Part shown: piece by piece, positions 27,389 to 37,300 of the stretch
Position numbering within the stretch: the first letter of the stretch is position 1
Layout of the letters: each line of letters starts with the position of its first letter
Source of the DNA: Octopus sinensis
Lineage: Eukaryota
NCBI RefSeq assembly: GCF_006345805.1
Contig: NC_043021.1
Coordinates: 19,158,001 to 19,222,000, forward strand
DNA length: 64,000 nt
Reading direction: 5' to 3'
The notes under the pieces: generated by a model
What the model saw: only the letters and a program-made list of their open reading frames with translations
Told to the model about the DNA's origin: nothing
The model's database searches: none
Made by a program: the position numbers and the translations under genes

Positions 27389-28034
27389 GTCTGGCCCCGT
27401 GTCGGTGGCACGTAAAAGCACCATCCGTTCGTGTCCGTTGCCAGCATCGCCTGGCCCCGTGCCGGTGACACGTAAAAGCACCATCCGTTCGTGGCCGTTC
27501 GCCAGCACTGTCTGGCACCTGTGCAGGTGGCACGTAAAAAACACCCACTACACTCGCAGAGTGGTTGGCGTTAGGAAGGGCATCCAGCCGTAGAAACACT
27601 GCCAGATCTGACTGGGCCTGACGAAGCCTTCCAGCTTCACAGACCCCAGTTGACCCGTCCAACCCATGCTAGCATGGAAAACGGACGCTAAACGATGATG
27701 ATGATGATGATGATATATATTATATTAAATTAGAGATAAAACCACTATTATGCAAATCAAACAGTGAAAAACATAAGCCAATACATAGAAATAAAATTAA
27801 TTAAAAAAATATAAAATATAAAATTCCAAATTAAAATATTTAAATTAAAGTTAAAATTTTAAAAATTATTTAAATAATTTAAACTTATAAATTTTAAATA
27901 TATATATATATTTATTATTATTATTTTATTTTATCGTTTTATTTTTTTAAATTATATAACTATCAAAAAGTATTAAAAGTTTAATATAAAATAAAGAGTA
28001 AAAACACTTAAAAGTTTAATATAAGATAAAATAT

Positions 28035-28088
<54 letters not shown>

Positions 28089-28272
28089 AGTGTTTATGAA
28101 AAAAACAAAAGATGAAGACAGGTGGTGCACAAACAAACAGATGTATTAGCATAACGCTCAGGAATAGAAAAAGTCTTTTACATTTCGAGCCTACGCTCTG
28201 CTACAGAAAGGGACACAGAAAAAACAAGGAGAGAAACATATATATGTATATATGTGTGTGTGTGTATATATA

Positions 28273-28317
<45 letters not shown>

Positions 28318-31300
28318 GACATGTATATACATACACAAATATACTTATATATACATATGTATAGACAAACATACACACACACATATATACATACAAATAC
28401 ACAATACAGGTAACTTCTGCCATTGTATAGACTGGATCCAAGCCAATAAATCACAAGTCAATTTCACAGTACTCCCACTGCGTACACCATGAAGTAGACA
28501 GACTACCATCATCCTTTTGTTACCATATTTCTGTTCAAGCACACTGCCTTTGTTCTAATTAATTTTGTAATTAATGAAGAATTTAGCATATTTGTTATTA
28601 TTAGATTGGTGTTGGGAACATATACCAACATGGAATATTGATGGAAGGTTTTCATTTGGATCCCTTTTTAAAAACAGAAAGTTTGCATCAGAGAATCAGG
28701 GATGATCTCAGGTGGATTGGTATTGAAAGGGTCAAACTATTGGAATTTAAACCAGCCGAACCCAGCCCAAGTATTCTACCTGTTTTATATTTGTATCAGC
28801 CAGATCCAGCTTCCCACACCTACCCTACAATGTCATTCTAAAAATAAACATTCACATCATTGAAATTTCAAAGTTATAAGACAATGCATGATTAATTCAA
28901 AACTGGCACTTGTGCCAGTGACACGTGAACAAAACATTCAAGCGAGATCGTTGCCAATGCCGCCGGACTGACACCTGTGCAGGTGGCATGTAAAAAACAC
29001 CATTTCGAACATGGCCGTTGCCAGTACTGCCAGACTGGCCCTTGTACCAGAGGCACGTAAAAGCACCCACTACACTCTTGGAGTGGTTGGCATCCAGCTG
29101 TAGAAACTCTGCCAGATCAGATTGGAGCCTGGCGCAGCCATCTGGTTCGCCAGTCCCCAATCAAATCATCCAACCCATGCCAGCATGGAAAGCGGACGTT
29201 AAACGATGATGATGATGATGAATATGAATAAATAAGCACTGCATTTGACAGGGTAATCTAAATGCTAAAAGGTCGATCTCATTATGGCGAGGAGCTGGCA
29301 GAACCGTTAGCACGCCGGGCGAAATGCGTAGCCGTATTTCGTCTGTCGTTACGTTCTGAGTTCAAATTCCGCTGAGGTCGACTTTGCCTTTCATCCTTTC
29401 AGGGGCGATAAATTAAGTACCAGTTACGCACTGGGGTCGATGTAGTCGACTTAATCCGTTTATCTGTCCTTGTTTGTCCTCTCTGTGTTTAGCCCCTTGT
29501 GGGTAGTAAAGAAATAGGAATTTTGTCTGTCTATACGTTCTGCGTTCAAATTCTGCTAGGTTCATCTTTGCCTTTCATCCTTTTGGGGGGTTCGATAAAA
29601 TAAATACCAGTTGAGTACTGGTGTCAATGTAATCAACTAGCCACCCCTCCCCCAAATTTCAGGTCTTGTGCCTATCGTAGAAAGGATTATTTGTAATTAT
29701 ACAATACTTGTACAATGTTGTGATACAACAAAAACCACAGCCCCATCCACACCCCACCGAAATCCACTTTTTGTCTCTCCTTACCTGTAAGGAAAGACAT
29801 GATTAATTTAAAATCTTACCTGTAAGCCGGCGACAGAGCCGGATGCGATGAATCTTGACTCGCTGCATTTTTGGAAACGTTGCAAAGAGAAACAACAATG
29901 ACAGGCAGTCGTCCAAATCACAAATGGCATCAGCAAATGTCGGGTACCTGGGAAAAAAGGAAACACACTGATTAGTCATCACACACACACGTAGTGTATT
30001 CTCAGGTGTACAAACTACAAGAGAATATAGTGTACACATTCAAACATCATCATTATCTTTCCAAATCCTGCTGTTTTTCACATGGAATTCTTGGTCCTCC
30101 AGAGTTGTCTTTTTGTGTAAGCTGACTTATCTGTCTTTGGCTGTAAATTTTGGTCCGAAAAATTCAACTTGTATGCCAGAAAATATGGTACAAATTCTTC
30201 CACACACACATTGTCTCAAACTCTAACACACTGTATTTTCCAAAATACAAGTCAATGTAATATATAGTGTAAACATTCAAACATCGTCATTATCTTGGTA
30301 AGCTCGCCAACAGGCGCAGGAGTGGCTATGTGGTAAGTAGCTTGCTTACCAACCACATGGGTCCAGGTTCAGTCCCATTGCATGGCACCATGCGCAAGTG
30401 TCTTCTACTATGCCCTTCCTAAATGCCAACCACTCCGAGAGTGTAGTGGATGCTTTTTACGTGCCACTCGGTTCAGCGGCACGGGCAATGACCTCGCTCA
30501 AATGTTTTTTCACGTGCCACCAGCACAAGTGCTAGTATAGCAACGCAGGTAACGATCATGCTCGAATGCTGTATTTAACATGCCATCGGCTCGGAGGCCA
30601 GCTTATTGCTCTGGCCCCGATCTCACTCGTATGGTACTCTTAGCGCTCCACTGGCACAGATGCCAGTCATCGAATTTGATTTCGATTTCGATTTCACTTG
30701 CCTCGACAAGTCTTCGCAAGCAGAATTTAGTGTCCATTGAAGGAAAGGCACGCATAAGTGGACTGGTTACGTGGATCAATAAGCATTACATTTAAATGAT
30801 CAATCTGAATGCTAAAGGGTTAAATACAGTGCTTCTAAGACCTTACCGTTCTCTCACTACATGATCCAGTTTGTAAGTTGGTCTGCTGTACGTCATCCTC
30901 TTGGCGGCGCCTTTCACACGTTTTTCTTTGACTCTCTTCAACCGCCGCATATAATGCTGTGCAAGACAAGAATTAGGAGAAAATTAGCAAGGACATTTAA
31001 CGAGTGATTAACAAATAAAACTGCAACACAACGGGCGCTCTGCTTATGATGATGAGGGTTCCAGTTGACCTGATCAACAGAACCACCTGCTCGTGAAATT
31101 AACATGAAGCGGCTGAGTAATCCACAGACACTCATACTCTTGACATAGATCTCTGAGAGATTCAGCATGACAAAGAATGTGACGAGGCCGGACCCATTAG
31201 AATTACTGGTACAATTCATTTTTGCCAGCTCAGTGGTCTGGAGCAATGTAAAATAAAGTGTCTTGCTCAAGGATGCAACCCACAGCCAGAGATTGAACTC

Positions 31301-34300
31301 GCGACCTAACAATCGTGAACCCATTACCCTAACCACTAAGCCCCACAACACAGTCATTTCTCATATACAATAATCACAACGTGAGTGTAGTGTTTACTGT
31401 TTGCATGGTAAGAAGTCGGCTTCCCAACTGCACGATTCAGAGTTCAGTCCCACTATAGCCTTGAGTTCAGAGTTCAGTCTATAGCCTCTTATTGATATAT
31501 AGTGGATTCAGTAGATGGAAACTGAAAGAAGCCCATTATATATATTATAGGTTGGTGTGTAATCCAGTTCTTCACACCTATAATGCCATTTTAAGAATAA
31601 ACAATCACATTTTCAAAATCTTGAAGCTACAAGACACGTGATTAATTTTTTAAAATGTGGATCAATAAATGATTAATCTGAAGCACATTATATATATTAT
31701 AGGTTGGTGTGTAATTATTGCGGCTTTTATTTCAATAAATTTTATTCAACAAAAACATCTTTAAATGATTATTCCGGAGCATATTCACCAAGAAAATTAA
31801 AAAATAAAAGATACAGGCGCAAACGTGCCAGTGTAGTAAGAAGCTTGCTTCCCAACCACATGGTTCCGGGTTCGGTCCCTCTGCTTGGCACCTTGGGCAA
31901 GTGATTTTTGACTATAGCCTTGGGCCGACCAAAGCCTTGTGAGTGGATCTCATCATCATCATCGTTTAACGTCCGCTTTCCAAGCTAGCATGGGTTGGAC
32001 GATTTTGAGTGAGGGCTGGCGAACCAGATGGCTGCAACAGGTTCCAATCTTGATTTGGCAGAGTTTCTACAGCTGGATGCCCTTCCTAACGCCAACCACT
32101 CCGAGAGTGTAGTGGGTGCTTTTACATGCCACCAGCACGGGGGCCAGTCAGGCGGTACTGGCAATGACCTCGCTTGAATCTTTTTACACATGCCACCAGC
32201 ACAGGTGCCAGTAAGGTGAATAGACAGAAACTGAAAGAAACCCGTCATATATATATATTTATGTGTGTGTCTTTGTTGTCTGTCTGTCCCCCCACCATCA
32301 TTTCACAACCAATGTTGTTTTGTTTATGTCCCTGTAACTTAGCGGTTTAAAAAAGAGAGGGATAGAATAAGTACCAAGTTTACAAAGAATAAGTCCTGGG
32401 GTCGATTTCTTTGACTAAAATCCTTTAAGGCAGCACTCCAGCAAGGCTGCAATCTAATGACTGAAACATGTAAAAGAAGCCTACTAAGTCCATGCACAGG
32501 GCTTTGGTTGGTCCCGGGATATAGTACAGAACACTAGCTGAAGGTGCCATTCAGTGGGACTGAACCCAGAACCATTTAGCAGGGAAGCAAACTTCTTACT
32601 GTACAGCCATATATACACACACACACACGCTTACAACTGCTCATATGCATTCACATACTCTATCTCTCTCACACACACACACACACACACTCCCTTGCTC
32701 TCTCTTCTGCACACTGACACCTACCTTGAATTCCCTGAACTTTTTGATGATGGGTTCGTGTGAGAGGAATGCAATGTCTTTGACATGGTAGTAAGTGTGG
32801 ATGGCTCTGCTGCCATGTCCCACAGCCTTCTTCTTCTTTGGTTCTTGTGGATACACACCTTTCAGGATGCATAGACGCCTGTCAAAGAGAGAGACAAAAG
32901 AAAGCTGAAACACAGACAACTGAGGAGACAGTCACAACAAACAAGAATTCAAATGTGTGTCTGTGCGTGTATATATAGATATATATATATATATAATGAT
33001 AAATCTCAGAGCGAGTTATAAACAGTAGCGGTAACACATTGTGTTGCATATTTGCCATTTGAATATGGCTAACCCATAAGGGTGGATGCTACTGTAGTTT
33101 GTAGCCCCAGGAAGATACCTCCTTCATCTGGCTATAGACACACTATCTGTGTCCTGTCAGATAACCTTATGGGTTAGCCATATTCAAATGGCAAATATGC
33201 ATCACGATGTGTTACCGCTACTGTTTATAACTCGCTCTGAGATTTATCATTGTTTGATTCCACTTTTTCAATATCAGTGTCAATCGACACTGGAAAAAGT
33301 ATATGTATTTGTGAAGGGATCTGAATTCTCGTCGACAACCATGATTGTCACACGCTGATGAAAGGTAAACTCGGGTACGTGTGTATCATGTGTTGAAGAC
33401 GGGGAGGATGACTCCCTTCACAAATACTGACAGGATACAGAAAGTGTGTCTATAGCCAGCTGGAGGAGGTATCTTCCTGGGGCTACAAACTACAGTAGCA
33501 TCCACCCTTACGGGTTAGCCATATTCAAATAGCAAATATGCAACACGATATATATATATATATTTTGCCAGCGCCGCCCCGACTGGCCTCGTGCCGGTGG
33601 CACGTAAAAAGCACCCACTACACTCACGGAGTGGTTGGAGTTAGGAAGGGCATCCAGCCGCAGAAACACTACCAGATCAGACTGGGCCTGGCACAGCCTA
33701 CTGGCTCCCCAGACCCCAGTTGATGATATATATAATACAAATAAGAAAATGGAGAAACGAGTTTAGTTTGTTCATCAACTTTCGGATATTAGAATTTTGG
33801 ATTATTTATTCCATTGGGACCCCTTTCATCGAAAACCGGTGATTGTCATACGCTGATGACAGGTCAATACCTAGAAACTACAGTCCGTGCGTATCACTTA
33901 GGTTGACGAGGGAAGGATGACCTCCCTTTGCAAATACCATAAGAGCACAGAAAGTGTGCCTAAAGCTAGCTGGAGACGATGATCTCCTGGGGCTACAAGC
34001 TACAGTAACACCCACCCTTAGTGGTTAGCCATATTGAGATGGCAAGTATACCTCGGATTATTTATTCATTCAACAAAATGAGAACCTCAATATTGTTCAT
34101 ATATATCATAAATAATCCAAAATTCTAATATCCGAAAGTTGATGAACAAACTAAATTTGTTTCTCCATTTTCTTATTTGTTTTATAAATTTACGGTAAAA
34201 ATATTTATTTACCTTCACCCGTTTAATAAAATAAATTAATTAATTACAATGCAATTAAAAACATTTGTGTATTAAGAATCTGGGTACTTTACCAACAGTA

Positions 34301-37300
34301 TATTGGATAATTGATATCCCATAGTGGGTTACACCCATAACCCCTATCTTACTTTGTATATAGGCGCAGGAGTGGCTGTGTGGTAAGTAGCTTGCTTATC
34401 AACCACATGGTTTTGGGTTCAGTCCCACTGCGTGACACCTTGGGCAAGTGTCTTCTACTATAGCCTTGTGAGTGGATTTGGTAGACGGAAACTGAAAGAA
34501 GCCCGTCGTATATATATGTATATGTGTGTGTGTGTGTGTGTGTGTGGGCATGTATATGTTTGTGTGTTTGTATTTGCCCCCCCCCCCAACATCGCTTGAC
34601 AACCGATGCTGGTCTGCTTATCGCATGGCCAGGCCTGCCGTACACATCGCACTTGCCACTAATCTAATCTCCAACTTTTCACATCGGATCAACAAGGAAA
34701 GAAAGAAAGAAAGAAAGAAAGGACTGACCTGAAGTCTGGCAGAGAAAGTTGCAGTCTCTGAATTGCTTTCCTTCTCGTAATGAACTGGGTGGCTTCACCC
34801 TTTTCATACTGAAAACAGATAAAAAGGCAACTTTTAAAATCTTGCATTACAAAAAGCAACTATAAGGTTGTCCCAAAAGTTCGTAGAAAGTCTTGGAAAA
34901 TAATGGTCTTTATTTTGAGGAATAATTTTTGTTGTTTTTGTTAGTACTTGGCGAGTAAAAATTCAATTTCCGCAAGTGTTTACGAACTTTTGGGACAACC
35001 TAATATTAAAATCTTGCATTACATTGGCGCAGGAGTGGCTGTGTGGTAAGTAGCTTGCTTACGAACCTCACGGTTCCGGGTTCAGTCCCCACTGCGTGGC
35101 ACCTTGGGCACGTGTCTTCTACTATAGCCTCGGGTCGACCAAAGCCTTGTGAGTGGATTTGGTCGACGGAAACTGAAAGAAGCCCGTCGTATACATGTAT
35201 ATATGTTTGTCCCCCCCAACATCGCTTAGTGGTTCGGCAAAAGAGACTGATAGAATAAGTACTAGGGTTAGAAAGAATAAGTCCTGGGGTCGATTTGCTC
35301 GAGCAGAGGGGGTGCTCCAGCATGGCCACAGTCAAATGACTGAAACAAGTAAAAGAGTAAGAGAAAGAGTATAAAACCACGCACACACGCACAACACATA
35401 TACATACATTTATATTTACACCCACCAGCAGCTATATTGTGCTTGTTTTCATTACTGCCCTCAACATTTGCTCACTATTCCCAGCAGCTTTTTGCCGTCA
35501 ACACCACCAAAACTGGGCAAAATTATCGTTAAAAGAATGAAATTGTAAGGATTTTCTGGACGATAACTGACATGGCAAGAGCATGTCCATGTCTTATGTA
35601 CGAATTTTCTGTTCATTCCACTGTTGTGCCTGTTTAATTATTAAAACTTATCATCATCATCGTTTAGCGTCCGTTTTCCATGCTAGCATGGGTTGGACTC
35701 ATATATATAGCCAGCCTCGCCTCGCTTGTGCCCAGGACTTATTCTTTCTAACTCTAGTACTTATTCTATCAGTCTCTTTTGCCGAACCACTAAGCGATGT
35801 TGGGGGCACAAACATATATACGACGGGCTTCTTTCAGTTTCCGTTGACCAAATCCACTCACAGGGCTTTGGTCGACCCGAGGCTATAATAGAAGACACAT
35901 GCCCAAGCTTCTGTGCCGGTGGCATGTAAAAAGCACCCGCTACACTCATGGAGTGGTTGGCGTTAGGAAGGGCATCTAGCAGTAGAAACATTGCCAGATC
36001 AGACTGGGCCTGGTGCAGCCTTCTGGCTTTCCAGATCCCAGTTGCACCGTCCAACCCATGCCAGCATGGAAAGCGGACGCTAAACGATGATGATGATGAT
36101 GATGATATATATATATATATATATATGGAGGCGCAATGGCCCAGTGGTTAGGGCAGTGGACTCGCAGTCAGAGGATCGCGGTTTCGATTCCCAGACTGGA
36201 TATTGTGAATGTTTATTGAGCGAAAACACCTAAAAACACCACGAGGCTCCGGCAGGGGGTGGTGACCCCTGTTGTACTCTTTCACCACAACTTTCTGTCA
36301 CTCTCTCTTCCTGTTTCTTGAGTAACGCTGCGATGGACCGACATCCCATCCAGCTGGAGGAACACACACGCCACAGAAACTGGGAAACCGGGCCCATGAG
36401 CCTGGTTAGGTTTGAAAAGGGCGACGTTTATCGTTTATATATATATATATATACACACACACATAAACACAGGTGTATTGATAGATGCAAACATGAAAAA
36501 TAGAACTCAAAATATGAGTAAAAGTATATTTTTATTAATATTTAGCAAAAGTAAGAGAGTGACTCAAAGTCTGAGTTCCATGCGTTTGATGAGTGCCAAC
36601 GCACAAAACTCTCGAACCTTGAGTCACTGTTACTTCTGCTAAATATTAATAAATATATATATATTTTCCACCACATTTCTTAAAAATCGTGGTAGAGGCC
36701 TTGGTCTTGGGACCACTCATGTCCAGAAACTAAGGTTGGGGGTAAGCAAGGGCATGCTCCTCATAGGAAATCCAGCTCCAAAAAAACCTCATAATAGCAA
36801 AGGAGAATGGGCACCAGCCAGCCCAAAGGTTGGGGTGGGCTGCACCTGCCTACCTCGGTTATTATGGAATTGAGGTAGATCTGGCCACCCTCGTTAACAG
36901 GGACAAAATCCAGATTTAAAACACTGGATGATGATGATGATATATAAGATCACCATCATCATCATTTAGTGTCCATTTTCCATACTGGCATGGGTTAGGT
37001 GGTTTGACTGGGTCTGGTAAGTCGGAGAGCTGTACCAAGCTCCAGTCTGTTCTGACTTGGTTTCTACAGTTGGATGCACTTCTTTACATCCCTGCCACTT
37101 AGCAGTTTGGCAAAAGAGACTGATAGAGTAAGTATCAGACTTTAAACGAAGATTTAAGTACTGGGGTCAATCTGTTTCAAGGTGGTGCCCCAGCATGGCC
37201 ACAGTCCAATGATTGAAACAAGTAAAAAATAACACTTGGTTTCCGTTTTGGTATTTCGCGTCACTTTTTGATGTTACTTACAGTCCTCATTTCCTCCAGG

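Noticed and set aside
31530-31760. Mariner-like TIR starts (taggttggtgtgtaat) at two sites
   Set aside because: No matching right end was found, so a full element cannot be delimited.
8200-37085. Orientation bias of RTE tails against PES1 transcription
   Set aside because: My rough count of about 10 versus 5 is too small and approximate to support a claim.
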